A DNA stretch of 64,000 nt, from NCBI GenBank assembly GCA_951406725.2, contig OX597832.1:31992001-32056000 (forward strand). Direction: 5' to 3'. Of this stretch, positions 1-14,608 are shown in pieces; position 1 is the first letter of the stretch, and each line of letters opens with the position of its first letter. This DNA comes from Octopus vulgaris. Lineage: Eukaryota. Position numbers and translations under genes: made by a program. The notes below the pieces were generated by a model that was not told the origin of the DNA, ran no database searches, and was given only the letters and a program-made list of their open reading frames with translations.

Positions 1-199
1 AGATGCGAATGTAGGAAGCATTGAGCAACGTGATTATGGAATGTATATTTGTAGACGATATCTTAATCAGCTTTGATGTATATGGAGTCTTGTCCAATTT
101 TGTCAATTTGCAAATAACTTATAGAATTATGTCACACTGGGTCCTAACTATAGCATTCATCTATTTGTGTATTGTGGATGACATTTTGTGAATATATTG

Positions 200-330
200 C
201 TGTGTTCATCATAGGTTTGTAACCGGCCAGAATGAAGTTCGCTTCCTGTGTAAGACTGACAAAGGGACTGACTTTGAACATTTGTTTTTCGAAGGCAGAC
301 GTTTATAGGACTTCACAGTGCAGATAAGTC
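200..330 (-). mobile_element. Decayed Penelope-like element, putative GIY-YIG C-terminal remnant
   Basis: The minus strand reads KQMFKVSPFVSLTQEANFILAGYKPMMN, resembling the E..FI...KP.LN end of PLE endonuclease domains. It is interrupted by the SINE at 355. Confidence 0.35.
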
Positions 331-354
331 AAATACATACCACATAATACATTG

Positions 355-690
355 TTTCCCAGCCACATGGTTCTGAGTTCAGTCCCACTACTGGCACCTG
401 CAGCAAGTGTTTTCTACAATAGGCTCGGGCCGACCAAAACCTAGTGAGTGGGTTTGGTGAACGGAAACTAAAGAAAACTTGGTATATATACATACATATA
501 TATATATGCACATATTTATGTGTGTGTGTGCCTTTGTGTTTTTGTTTGACTCCCAACGTCACTTGGCAACTGATGGTGATGTGTTTACGTTCCCGTGATT
601 AGCTGTTCGGTAAAAGGACACAATAGAATAAGTATTTCGCTTAGAAAGAATCAGTCCTGAGGTCGATTTGTTCGACTAAAAACCCTTGGT
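355..690 (+). mobile_element. tRNA-derived CORE-like SINE (family C), head truncated
   Basis: Contains the B-box-like ggttctgagttcagtccc, the core ggcacctgcagcaagtgttttctac, an internal (TA/TG)n and the 3' part tgtttacgttcccgtgatttagctgttcgg. Homologous to the copies at 56620 and 62135. Confidence 0.75.
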
Positions 691-1045
691 CGGAAATAAG
701 GTGTTCGTAATTCGGAATATTACTTTACATATACGTGGTATCGTTAAGCCCACGTGTCTATCAAGGCCTCAACAGGGAAAATAGGTGGACTGAAAGAGTG
801 GAGAAATCTATCGAATATGTGTGCATACACTCACACACACACTATATATTAGAGGGTTTTGTTATACAGATGATCCAAAAGGCAGGTAAGGTTATGTAAG
901 TGCTACGGAAGGACCGCTGTTTAACTCCAGATTCCATAACAGTATGAGAGAGGAGTCGAGTCCGAGCATGTATATGTTAAATAAAATGATATAACAATGC
1001 CAAAGCAGAGTGATATTTCTAGGGCATTTACTAAGAGAAGGGTAT

Positions 1046-1089
1046 TTTACAGCTGTTTCATGGATACAAACATATCCCATTATCAGAGA
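1046..1089 (-). ncRNA. Minimal type-I hammerhead ribozyme motif (decayed)
   Basis: Reverse complement: tct-CTGATAA-tg-ggata/tgtttg/tatcc-at-GAAA-CAGCTG-TA-aaa. Stem III is palindromic; the core has G8A. Confidence 0.6.
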
Positions 1090-1678
1090 CGATATGATAG
1101 AGTTCAACAGAAGGAAATAGTAAAGTTCAGTATCAAGGAAGTTATTTTGAAAGTGGACAGATATAGGAAGTAGCAAGAGAAATATGAGAATAAAAATAAA
1201 AATATACGTTGGATGTTGCAGTTCCATTTTCCAAGTAAAGTGCTGTGTAGAATGGGTAAGGAGGGTCCTTGTCTATGTAAATTCTGATAGGAGTTCATAT
1301 TTTGTTATTACAAATGGATAATATGCAGATATTAATTTCATGTGCTGTTCATTCAAAAGAACCTTGTTGTGTAAATGAAATTAATTGAATGAAATAATTT
1401 CATTTACACTACAAGATACTTTTGAAGGAATTAATATCTGCACACTATCCATTTGAATTAATGAAATACAAACTCCTAACGGAATTTACATACCGTGAAC
1501 AAAAAGCCTCTTTACACAACACGTTCCTTGGATAATGGAACACCAACTTTAATATCCAACATATAATTTCATTTTTATTCTCATGTTTCCCTTTATACTT
1601 TCTGCATCTCTTCCTTTCCAAAATAACTTCTTATATAATGAACTTTCCTAATTCATTCTATTGAAACTTTCTCATATC

Positions 1679-1727
1679 ATCTCTGATGATGGAAAATGTT
1701 TTATATCTCTGAAACAGCTGGTAAGAC
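1679..1727 (+). ncRNA. Minimal type-I hammerhead ribozyme motif
   Basis: tct-CTGATGA(1683)-decayed stem II-GAAA(1711)-CAGCTG-GTA-aga. Confidence 0.65.
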
Positions 1728-1827
1728 TACCCCTCTCTTTATAAAATGCCCTAGGTATATCACAGTGCCTTGGGCTTGCTATATCATTTTATATAACACA
1801 CACAAACAAAACACACACACATAAATG

Positions 1828-1882
<55 letters not shown>

Positions 1883-2222
1883 TTAAATACTTAAATACGT
1901 TATGTACACTTGAATAGAGAAATATACAAACACATTCACCCTCACATGTATATGCGTACTTAGAAAGACATATACACGCATAAAACGACATAAATACGAT
2001 ATACATATATATACACATACACAACCATACAAACACTCACACACGCACACACACACACATATGAATATATATATATGGTTATCTTTACTTTCCAGGATTG
2101 AACCTTCTTACTAACAAAGTGATAACAAGGCTCTTTTGTTCGAGACATGACAGGTATTGAGGCTTGTGCATTTCTGAAATAGTTAATGTAAATATACATG
2201 CGTTCATATATATATATATGTG

Positions 2223-2272
<50 letters not shown>

Positions 2273-2324
2273 TGTGTGTGTATATATATGCATGTATGTA
2301 TGTATCTATTTATATGAATGTATG

Positions 2325-2366
<42 letters not shown>

Positions 2367-2480
2367 CACAGATATTTGGTTATCTGCATATGTGCATATA
2401 TATACACATGCACGCATACACACTTTCTCACGCATTTGTACAAAAGTAAATACTTACAGTCATTCATTCACCCACACATT

Positions 2481-2517
<37 letters not shown>

Positions 2518-3844
2518 ATATATATTCAATTTTATTCCGCGTTTTTATTTTTTGCAGGTTTTTTTTCTCTGCTTCTTCTCATCTTTCTATATTCTCAGAA
2601 AACTATTGACTCGATTTCAATGTTTGTTTGATATGAAATCATAAATATACCATTAAAAATATCCATCCTTCTTCTTCACCATTTGATCTTTCGTACATAA
2701 TACGGCATCGATCGGAACAGATATCTTTTCATGTGTCTCTAAAATATTGCAACTTCGAAAGAAGCCTTGAAATCTTCCAATATCAAATCACAAACCAGGC
2801 TGAACCGTCAGACAAAATTCTTCCGTTCTTTCATTTTGTAGTTTTTATATTTCCGCAGATTGTCTTGAATATTTCTCCGTTTCCTTTAAATAAATAAACA
2901 CACGCGCATGCACGCATACATACATACATAATGCATACATACATACACACATACATACATACACACATACATACATACATACATACATACATACATACAT
3001 ACATGCAAACACACACAAACACACAGATATATAAACATTTTTGTGTGATTCGCGATATGTAATGCATTATAGTGCAGTATTTCAAAATGGTTGCTATCTA
3101 TTAAAGTCGGTAGAGTGTTTGTTAGAGTGCTTCGTGCCATTTAAACCGACATGGTGTGTTTTGAGCTCATATCCCACCATACTCAACATTTCCTTTTTTT
3201 TCCTTTTTATGTTGATAAGCATACAAATCCAGGGTAGAAAATTGACGGATCTGTTAGCTGATGCCGTACAAGACTCCCTGCGGCGTCTGTTGAAGCATTT
3301 TGCTTTCTGACAGCAACGCTTCTGACGACACAGTTGTTATACTCTATCGGCCCAAATCACTTACTTCCCTCCTGTTCAAACATCCATTTCATTGGAAAAG
3401 AAAGCCGCCATGTTTCAGTCTCCGTTAATCCCAACACAAAAACACAGACCATTCTTTCAACATATTTCCCCGTGTTTTGATCTAGCATGAAAAGTCAGGT
3501 GGTGTTCCGGTTTAGAATCTCCCGTTATTCAGGGAAACATATTCAGAATGAAGGATCGCATATATAGCTCCTGAAGTTAATTTCGTGTAAGCCCTTCTAC
3601 AGTTGTGCCCACGCACGATCAATAATGGGAACTATAGTCCACACTTATATCAAACGCTGCTCAAAGCGATTGATATACTTCGGTAAAAAATGGGGCCTTC
3701 AAAGATAAATACACTCAATATCAACGCATAAACTTGATGCACAATCACACACGCATGACCCTTCCTTTCAACCACTTCCTTCCAGTCTATTCGACATGCG
3801 AAACCGTTAATCCAGGCACATTAGTTTTCCCTCTTCGTTTTCTT

Positions 3845-3980
3845 TCGTCATTCCTCTCTGCTGACGAGCGCAGTCTCGAAACGTCAATGACTTTCCGAAG
3901 TTTTATGAGTGTCAAATTAATACACCGTCTCTGCCATTTCCTCACCTGTCTCTGTCATATGTCTTTTTTTATTTTTGTCT
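3845..3980 (+). mobile_element. Short PLE-derived element with HHR (GAGC/GCTC stem II family)
   Basis: ctgCTGACGAgcgcagtctcGAAAcgTCaatgac. The downstream sequence resembles the copies at 26012, 35522, 41834 and 47266. Confidence 0.6.
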
Positions 3981-6900
3981 TTTGTACATTTGAACCATAT
4001 ATACAAACTCCCGCACTCAACACCAACTCACTGGTTATCAGCGAACAGAAGTCTGTTGAACTCCAACAAACAGTTTGAAAGAGGAGGTAATAATAATGTT
4101 CCTCATTATCCTTATAACCCTGAATAAAGCAGGATACATTATTATTTATGCAAAAATTGCAACTTGGCTCCTTCCACAGAAAGAAAACGCAAATGGAGTT
4201 TAAGAACGTTTAAAACGTAAAACTGAATCTGTAGTGAGAACGGATGTATTCATTGCAAATAGGTCAACCGAGATGACCCACATTAAATAGATTGCTACGA
4301 GTTAAAATTTATTGTGATTCGTATAATCTTTATATCAATAAAGAACATCAATCTATGGCTTCCATGAAAAAATCAAGCTTCAAAAGTGCCGTAGAAGTGG
4401 TCCCTATTTGGTCTTTTATTGTACCTTTCGATATTTCGGTATATCTTAAGAAAGACTAATTCATTAGCCAAAAGGTATCAAATAAATAAAAAGACTATTC
4501 TATTAAACTTCTATATCTAATGTGCGCGCGCACACACACACACACACACATACACATATACGTGGTATAAATATATATGAGCAAGTGTATTTATACATAC
4601 TCACGCAGGTATATATATATTAAATACGTGTGAGCAGACGTAGTTATTCTATTTGTATATAATAGGCTATTTTTTTGTCTTTTGTACATTTAAACCATAT
4701 ACGAATATGTGTGTATGTGTGTGTGTGTGTGCATATGTATACATTCATACATGCATTCATATGTATGATACATGTATAAATAATTGCATACACAAACACT
4801 AACACACACACACACACACATATATATACAGATATATATAATCACAGATTTTATTGTATATACACATACATATATACATACTTTATATATATATACACAC
4901 AGATATGTATGTATATATACATACATATATACATACACACACACATATATACACAAACATACACATACAAATACATACATACTTACATGCGTACACAAAC
5001 ATACACATACACACTCATACATACATACATCCATCCATACATACATACATACATACATGCATACATACATATACATATATACATACATACGTATATATGT
5101 ATATGTAATGAATATTTTATGATGAAAATAATAATGCAGTAAACGCCAAATTGTGGGAAGAACAAATTAATTATATAGAAATGAGTGAAGAAAGAAATCA
5201 ACAAAATAATTCGTTTTTCATTGTTGTACTTCCTAACGGAAATTAACTGTTTAAAGGAATTCCACTTTCTAATATTAAATTAAAATATTTGCGAAACATA
5301 ACACGCACGCACACACACACAAACAAACAAACAAGCTCATGCTCACGCACATACAAACACACACACATGTGTGCATATATATAATTAAGCTATATTCATT
5401 TATGTACGGACACATATGCACACATATATATTTACATATATATATCTACACACACACACACACACACAAACAAACAAACTCATGCTCACGCACATACAAA
5501 CACACACACACACGTGTGCATATATATAATTAAGCTATATGCATTTAAGTACGGACACATACACACACACATATACTGACATATATATATGAACACACAC
5601 ATATACACTCACAGACACACACTCACACACATATATATGTTTATATACATTTATTTATATGTATATATGCATACGCACTCGTTCGTACAGAGACGCACGT
5701 GAATAAGATATTGATGATCTGTTGCGACAATGAAAGCTCAACAGCACATTTAGTGAATAAACATATTTCTTTTAGATGTGTGGATTAACAATGCTATCAT
5801 TAGTTTCATGCGAAAAATTCCCAATTGTCAAAAGTACCGCTGAAGAATTTTAATAATCTGTCTCCATGTTATTCATTCTACATGATTTTCGATCAGCGTT
5901 CCATGCGTCTGAGACGTTGTTTGGTTGTATGCTGTGAGTTACGATGAACAGATACGAGGAGATAACTCATGCTGAGATTGAATTTGTTCGTATTAAAAAA
6001 TATTTCGTTCACTCATAATAGGATATGTGTAAACTTATAAATGTATGTTTAAAAAATGCAGTCGTTTGACTCTTGCTTAATATGTAGAGTACAATTAAGC
6101 AATATTGGACGCAAAACCCACGCACATTTTAACAATTTTCAGCAGCACTTGCAGAAAAAAAGCAAAAAAAAAGCTCATGTCAATTATTACCTCCAAACAA
6201 TGCTTGAAGTCCCTTAAAATTTCCTATAATTTCGAATTTTCTTACAAATAAGTTTGAAAAAGAAATATGCTTTCCGTAAAACTAAGAGAACAATTGTCTC
6301 TCCATATATGTAATGGCGAGTGAGTAAAATCCGTTGTTTGTACACTAACAATAATAATCCCTGGATGGAAATTATATACATTAATGTATGTTTGTCTGAG
6401 GGTCGCTTCTGCCATTTGACCATTAAGGTCAAGGGAGGTAAACATATTGCCTGAAAAAATGAAAGAGCGATCCAGAGCGGAGTGGACAGCGTGCTGTGGC
6501 CAGCGGTATCAAATGGACGCCCGACGGACTGGTCGGTCAAGGTGATCAAGGTGAGGTATATATACATGTTGTGAACATCATTTTCAGTATACCACGCAGA
6601 CGGTATCAAATATACCAAGATATACGTCTACTGTTGTACATACTTCGTTATGACCGTCCATATACCTGAGACATGTGATATCAATAAATATCCATCTACC
6701 TCTTTTCTCATTGAAATTTGCAATTAGTTACAGATATGTTTTCTTTTTTATGGTTGTATTTCACGGGGGAAATACAATAAATTTATAATAGTATATATCT
6801 GACATTCAATACGCCGCTGTTTAAATAAATTATGAATACTTATTTCTTTGAAAACGTCTGATGTACGAATAGCATTCTTATAATATTATGAAAACTGTGT

Positions 6901-7176
6901 TAAGTACTAATGCTATTCTAATATTTAGGTAGATATTATCCTATTATATAAAAGGAGTCTTTTTTAAAGGTAAGAGAACATTATTCTATTATATAACACA
7001 ATATTTTTGCCTTTCTATTTTCAAAATAAAATAAAAATAAGCTGTTTTTTCCAAATACATCTTTATAAGATTTCAAAAAATGTAAGCTCATACTTATTTC
7101 CCAAATTTGTTTCCTTTTTTACTTTTTAATTTTTCATACGCAAATTCATGCAATATCAAATGCATATACACATAGA

Positions 7177-7248
<72 letters not shown>

Positions 7249-7519
7249 ACTGATTCAAACGTACTCATTAATAATAAAACGCACGTAAACATGGATGCAC
7301 AAATGCTCAGGATTATACACATTCTCAAGAATTTGGGAATGTCTGTATCACTTATTTATTGCTTCAGTTGGGCATGCGCGTGTGTGTGTCTGTGTGTGTG
7401 TGTATCTGTGTGTGTGTGTGTGTGTGTAAGCTTTTATTATTATTATGGGTGTGAGTATCTATCCTTGTGTGATTGGGCTTACTTTCTTCTTGAGTTATAT
7501 GTGTTATACAAATATAACA

Positions 7520-7657
7520 CCGCGTAGCGCAGTGGTTAGGGTGTCGCATGCAGTCGTGAACGTAAAATCGTGGTTTCGAATCCTGGGCCAGGTGGTGCGC
7601 TATATTCTTGAGCAAAACACTTTATTTCACGTTGTTCTACTGCAGCTGCTGCTGCTG

Positions 7658-7733
<76 letters not shown>

Positions 7734-7910
7734 CACTACCATTTCATGTTGACCTCTAACGTGTGGCACCCAGTGCACTTGTGTAGGTAAGGTCTATTTG
7801 ATGGAGCGAGGGAGACGAAGTACAGCATAAACATTTGAGCAACGTAAACAAATCCTCAGAGCAAGACGTTCATCCAGAAACCGCAAAAACCGTAATCTGT
7901 CGTTTACAAC
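7520..7910 (+). mobile_element. tRNA-derived SINE with (CTA)n expansion
   Basis: A-box tagcgcagtgg, B-box gtttcgaatcc, then ttgagcaaaacactttatttcacgttg, which is shared with the 33858-34135 family. (CTA)n lies at about 7658-7733. Confidence 0.65.
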
Positions 7911-8267
7911 AGAAGAGTCCACCATGCCTGTAGGGGTGTGTGTTGGTGTGTGCTCATGCTTGTATGTCTATGTGTTTGCCGTAATGTTCTGTGTGTTTGC
8001 GTGTTCTGTCGATGTACATGTCTACTGACGGCCAAATATTCGTTGTAAACATGACCGAAGCACTTGTATTGCAAAGTAATACGAAGGTAAACAAGGCGAG
8101 TTTGCATTTTCGAAATTGTATTTCCCATAATTCCCACTATAACATTTCCTCTTCCTGTTAATAAGTGCACCTCACGATATAACTAAATCTGATCTACCTA
8201 TTACAACATTTTACGAAGTGTGAATCCTGATTAATATAATCGCTGTGATGTTGGAGACATATCCAAT

Positions 8268-8330
8268 TTTTGGAGTAAAAACACCCTTAAAACCTATGGA
8301 TTAATGTGCCCTTGAAACGGCCGTAAGAAC
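8268..8330 (+). mobile_element. PLE remnant: GIY-YIG end fused to an HHR 3' half
   Basis: Translates FWSKNTLKTYGL (compare W...L.TL.P.GLN), followed by GAAA-CGGCCG-TA-aga, a palindromic stem III. The 5' core is missing. Confidence 0.35.
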
Positions 8331-8845
8331 ACTACCAACAACAGTTTATCTAATCAGGATTACCTATTTTCTTGGATTAGTTACTTATATTTTCTGAAAA
8401 TCTAATCCCAACGCTATGATTCTTCTTTTTTCGCTCTTTTCGTAAGACTTTATTTTATTCTCCTTCTCGTAAGGGCAAATTTATTTTTAAATATATTTTA
8501 CAACACCGTTCTCCAACGCCTTTTAACACGACTGTAATTCTAAATCTCTCTCTATATATCTTTGTACAGCTAAACTTTTATACATCTACACTTTTATAAC
8601 TTTATCTCATTCGTCTACTTATATATGTATATAAAGTTTTTTAATATTTATGTATTCATAGATTTTTATTATGATTTACTATTATAATGATTGATACATT
8701 TGCATATTTGAAAACTGATATACATCGATCCTTGGCGCAATATATGTTTACATAAATTGGTGAAGCAATTTGAATTCTCCTTAACATTATGTGTATGTAT
8801 GTATGTATGTATGTATGTATGTATGTATGTATGTATGTATGTATG

Positions 8846-8879
<34 letters not shown>

Positions 8880-8968
8880 TATAAATTATATACATATATA
8901 ATTTATAGGTTAGAGACAGGTGTCCTCCTCTCTCTCTCTATATATATATATTTACGTATACATATTTA

Positions 8969-9053
<85 letters not shown>

Positions 9054-9089
9054 GTATATATATGTATGTATATATGTAAGTATGTAAAC

Positions 9090-10254
9090 TGAAACATGAA
9101 GGCTCCAGAAACCCTAAAGGAGAGAAGAAATTTGGAGGGCACTCAAGAACCTGCAAATATTACCTGCAAGGCAAATAAATGTTGGCATCAAGATGACGGT
9201 ACAAACTGCCGGTTTGCTCATCTGAGATCCCTCCAAAACAACAGGGGTCTCAAGGAGAAAAACCTCCCTGACGGAAGACACCAATCGCCTCCAAAAATAT
9301 AATAGAGCTGTCTATGTCTATGTGTGGGCCAAAAAAGAGACATATAACCTAAATGAAGCACACAAAATCTCTCGAATCTGAACTTCCACAAGTGAAACTG
9401 GAAATCGATCCAAAAAGCGATTCTCAGACAGGACTGGCCGAAATGTCACTCCACACCACGCATTGGCATGAAAATAGAATATTTCATGTCTGTTGTGCAA
9501 GCCATATGTCAGAAATATGTCCCAGAGCACAAGGCCAAAACAAATAGGAACAAGATTCCAAGGGAGACCAAGATCCTCGTAAGACAACGGACGAAGTTTG
9601 CAAATCACCTCAACCAACATTCCAAAAGTAGCGAAAAGTCCCTATTAAAAACAACACTGATGGAGATTGAAAAAAGCCTGCAACAATCCTATGTGAGAGA
9701 GAGGGGGAGCAGCCAAAGAAGCCTGGGTTATACAAAACATTAAGTCACATCCAAAAGCCTTCTTTCATTATGCGATAAAAACAGCCTCAATACGCTGCAA
9801 GATAGGACCCCTCTTCCAAAAGGATGGCTCCCTCTCAGACAGTCCAACTAAGATCAGTCAGATACTGAATGACCAGCTCAAAAGTGTCTTTAATACTCCG
9901 TTGGAACACAAACAAGTAAACGAGCCACTGGACTTCTTTCCCGCCTCACCAAACACCAGCGAGGCAGTTACAATGGAATACATCGACATTAACGAAGAAG
10001 ATACACTACTAGCTATAGATGAGGTGAACACAAACTCAACCGCTGGTCCTGGTGATTTTGCAGCAATCCTCCTCAAATCGTATAATTGTAACTTGGCAAT
10101 GAACCTATCTCACGGGAAAAAGATACAAAAGAGGGTAGCGACTTCAAAGTCAATTCTTCACCAAGTGCCGCATATTACAGGAGGCTCTCAATAATAACAC
10201 TGTAGCAAAACGGAGGTGCCCCAGCATGGGCACAGCTCCGAGCTGAAACTACAA
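9090..10254 (+). mobile_element. Internally deleted CR1-like LINE (pseudogenised)
   Basis: Cys/His motif CKANKCWHQDDGTNCRFAH, then an EN-RT linker with frameshifts (NIKSHPKAFFHYA..IGPL..DG..ILNDQLKSVF..AIDEVNTNSTAGPGDFAAILLK). It then jumps to a 3' tail ggaggtgccccagcatgggcacagctccgagctgaaact. Confidence 0.8.
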
Positions 10255-10271
10255 TATATATATATATATAT

Positions 10272-10379
<108 letters not shown>

Positions 10380-10400
10380 TATACATACACATATATATAT

Positions 10401-10543
10401 AGTGTTTGCCTACCAGATTCATTCACGAGTTATTGATCCCTCCCGGAATATAATAGTCCCGTCCAATTTTGCAAGGTGTCACAAAGCGGAAATGAACTTC
10501 AAACCGCCTGATTTCGAAGTGAGCTTCTTAACAACACTGCCAT
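10401..10543 (-). mobile_element. Decayed family C SINE 5' half
   Basis: Diverged reverse complement of the head and core of the 355-480 element. Confidence 0.5.
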
Positions 10544-10974
10544 TTTTGGTTCCTTTGCAGAAAGGAATAGAGAGAGAATTCGCATCTGATGCCCATTAAT
10601 TATAGATATACAAATACTTGAAACAAATAATGAGAGTATAAAGATTTACGATATAAGGTTCGGCAGATGTTAACCACTGAGAAATGATGGTGAATCGTTC
10701 ATATAATTTTCGAGAATATCAACAAAACAAACAACATCAGTTTATAATTTTTTTCGAAATTATCACCTAGGAAAGTTGGAGCATTTTAAGCGGTTCGTTA
10801 CGTAATCGTATGGTTGGAAGATTGGAACTAACTGCGAAAGTGTATGGACTAAGAATTTAACCTAAGTCACGAGTTTACCGATTGTTTGTTACAAAAATTT
10901 AGGAGAGGGAATATGTAGAAATCAATCGTGTATACTATTCATTCGGGTAGAAATTTGCAAATAACCACACATAC

Positions 10975-11010
<36 letters not shown>

Positions 11011-11106
11011 ATTTCTGCACACACACACACACACACACATACAGAGGTATTTCTGCACACACTTGCACATACATGTCTATATATGTGTGTGTGTGTTTGC
11101 TTGTAT

Positions 11107-11222
11107 GTTGTTGTTTGTTCCTTCTCGAGCCATGCCTGGCTCATAAGGGCCGGTTCCCCGATTTCATTGGTATATAGGTTCCGCACGTGGACGGAACACC
11201 GGTGCGTCGCTGGTGAGCTGCT

Positions 11223-11274
<52 letters not shown>

Positions 11275-11426
11275 ATGCTGAAAGTGTCAGCCATGACCTT
11301 CTGCTGGAACCGTGTGGGGCTTAAGTGTTTCAGTCATATACACGCAAATCGCCCGGACTGAGATTCGAACCTACGATGCCTTGACCGCGAATCCGCTGCT
11401 CTAACGACTAGGCCAGGTGCCTTCAC
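11107..11426 (-). mobile_element. tRNA-derived SINE family A with internal (GA)n
   Basis: Reverse-complement head gtgaaggcacctggcctagtcgttagagcagcgg..ggttcgaatc. Collinear with 30546-30847 and ends in gagaaggaacaaacaacaac. Confidence 0.85.
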
Positions 11427-11509
11427 ATACATACATACATACTTTATATGTATATATATATATATACATACATACATAATTTATATGTATATATATATAT
11501 ACATACATA

Positions 11510-11543
<34 letters not shown>

Positions 11544-11824
11544 TCATACACACACACATTTATCAGTCTGTCTCGTCCTTTATTTATGTGTGTGTGTATA
11601 TTTATATATGTATTGACTTATGTATCTGTGTATGTAAGTGTGAGCATATAAAAATAGAATTGGATTTTTGTTTGCTTGTTCCCTTCGCCTTCCCTCTTTC
11701 ATATTTGATCTCCCCAAATTGTGAAAATGAAAAAAAAAGTCTTGACACTCCACTGGTAAAGCGTAGTAAAAAACAAACCAATCAAATAGCTACTCCACCA
11801 TCACTACCACCACCAACAACAATA

Positions 11825-11885
<61 letters not shown>

Positions 11886-12046
11886 TTTTTCTGTCATACG
11901 ATGAAGCCAAACCATTTGTGTGCAACGAACTTCAACCGATATATATGACTACTAAAATAATTTCTTCGTATTCTCTCTGTCTCTCACTCTCTCTCCCTCT
12001 CCATGTATATATATATATATATGAATAATCGCTCATATATGTTTAC

Positions 12047-12085
<39 letters not shown>

Positions 12086-12551
12086 TATACATATAAATAA
12101 TCACTCCTATCCTTGTTTTCTCTCCCTTTCACTCCTTGCTCTTCACCCATTTTCCTTTCCTCTCTCTCCTATCCTTTTCCTCTCCCAATCTTCCTCTTTT
12201 TGTCTTTTATGACTTCCTGTTTAGTTTTTTTCTGCATTCTTCCGGTTTAAATATTTTACTTTCTTTCTTCGTGCTTCCATAATGTATACATAGGTGTCAG
12301 CATTGTTTAGCATTCTACTTTTCTTCTTTTTTTCCTTTCTCTTTTTCCTTCCACACTTTTTCCCCTGTTTTCCATCCCAATTTACACACACGCAAAAAAC
12401 TTTTATACATATACATATTCGCAAATATAAAAGCACATATACATACATATATACATATAAGGTAGATATATTGAACGCAAACATTACATTATGAGAAGAG
12501 GAAAATATAATAAATGTTCTATAAGCCTAACTCTTCAACGGTCAGCGAATA

Positions 12552-12590
12552 TGCCCAACGTTTCGGAAGTTAGTCCGTCATCAGCAAAAG
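12552..12590 (-). ncRNA. Minimal hammerhead motif at the end of a probable PLE remnant (~12480-12930)
   Basis: Reverse complement: CTGATGA-c-gga/ctaact/tcc-GAAA-CG-TT. The core is canonical, stem III is the ACGT palindrome and stem I is weak. Confidence 0.6.
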
Positions 12591-12931
12591 GAGAGAAGCA
12601 GATAAATATTCAGTGGGCAAAATACAAATCGGGCAATGAGTTGGATTAGAAACCAAATGACAATGTTGTTCTAAGCAGGGAAGTTAGAAAGAGAGGAACA
12701 AGTGGTTGTGTGTTCATGCCTGGAAAGGTGCAGAACAGATGAATTATGTATCGGTCATCGTATGGTGGGTGCATATGTATACAGGTGAGCAAGTGCCGAA
12801 GTATAGGCGGCCATGTGGTGTAGATGTGCATAATCAATAAATGGGAGATGTGAAAGGAGCTGAGAGCAGGAGCCAGTTTGAGGAAAAAGAGGTTGCCTGT
12901 CGGAAATCAGATGGCGTGATAGATGTTGGTG

Positions 12932-12976
<45 letters not shown>

Positions 12977-14442
12977 AAAATTATCATAGATATAAAACCA
13001 TGTATCGTACTCATGATTCTTAAGCAAAAACAAAAGCAAAAATTGTCCTGAAATATATTTAGATCATAAATAATAAACAGTTAACCATGTAGGTTATCTT
13101 GATATTTCGTTGACTTTTTGCCTCATTGGCCGCTGTTGAACAGAACACGTTTTATCCTTAGCAAGACTATATATAACAGTAGCTGGAATTACGAATGACT
13201 GACAATTTGTATCATTGCAATTTTGTGTTTACAGAAAACATAGATAGAAAAGGAGATACGTACAAGTACATACATAGTCACGTATCCAAACATAGATAAA
13301 AACTATATAAACATAATCTAGTACATTAACGCACCTACATTCAACCTCCATATATGTATGGACATGCGTGTGTGTTCTTTTGTAAAGCCACAATGCTTCA
13401 GTTTCACAGAAACTTCAGATTCTGCTATATGGATTTTCTCTTCTCTAAAATGCTTTCCTGGACCTCATGAAAACGTTTCTCTCTTTCACTCTCCAAATAT
13501 AGACTGATAATCTTGTCGAATGATTATGCATATATCTGAGCGGAAATTTCTTGACTCTTAAATCAATGTAAACCTTACTAATCTTAATCGTACTTTTAAA
13601 TACTCCATGATTATGTAGATTTCATCTAAAGGGCAATTAATCTTGAGCATACAAATTCAGTTTGAGTTATCTTTATAATTAATTAATTCGCTCTATTATC
13701 ATGAATTGTTAATTTATCTTCACTCACTGAACTGATGTTTGTGTAAGATAGTGCATTCTGAATATGCTAATTAAGAGGCGATTCGGCAAAATTAATTATA
13801 ATATGTATATGAAAATGGGAAAATCTTGTACAAGAATACATTTCAGCTCTTGGTAAAATCAATTCCAAATTTAAGTGGTTTCTGAAAGCAAAGAATTCGC
13901 CCATAGCCCAGATCTCACCTTCTTAAATTCAGCGCACATTATCACTTAAATAAATATTATGCCGAAATCCACTACGCACTAATAATTCACAATAATAGAT
14001 TAAATAAAGATTAAAAGTTGACTAATTAGTTAAGTGACACAATCAAATTGAAATATCTCATCTAATTACTAATGATGTTAGTAATATAGTTATAAACTTT
14101 ATTGGCATAATGAAGTATCCCCTTCACTTCAAAGTTTATTATATCTGTCAGAAATATGCCGCTCTCCCTCACAGCATTTTATCGATCAGCCTTTAAGCCC
14201 AGCCTTACAAATCAAATTTATTCACAAAAGTACTTAGCGCTACCATACATAATTACGATTTCTTTCCTTAATCCATGTCCCTGTGGATTAAATGGTCCCT
14301 TTGTAAACATGTGGTTTTAGGTTCAACACTGTACAGCGGGGCAAATTTTGTAGGTTGCGTGTAATAGAATCCAGAGCCAACCAATGTTTTGTGAGTGGAG
14401 TTCGTAGACGGTATCGGTATGAAAGCCCGTGCCTTAGACTTC

Positions 14443-14604
<162 letters not shown>

Positions 14605-14608
14605 CTAA

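Larger units (their letters stand above)
965..1800. repeat. ~830 bp diverged palindrome made of two head-to-head PLE-type 3' ends
   Basis: 965-1380 is the diverged reverse complement of 1392-1800. The centre reads ttgttgtgtaaatgaaatta..taatttcatttacactacaa, and each arm carries an HHR motif. Confidence 0.8.
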
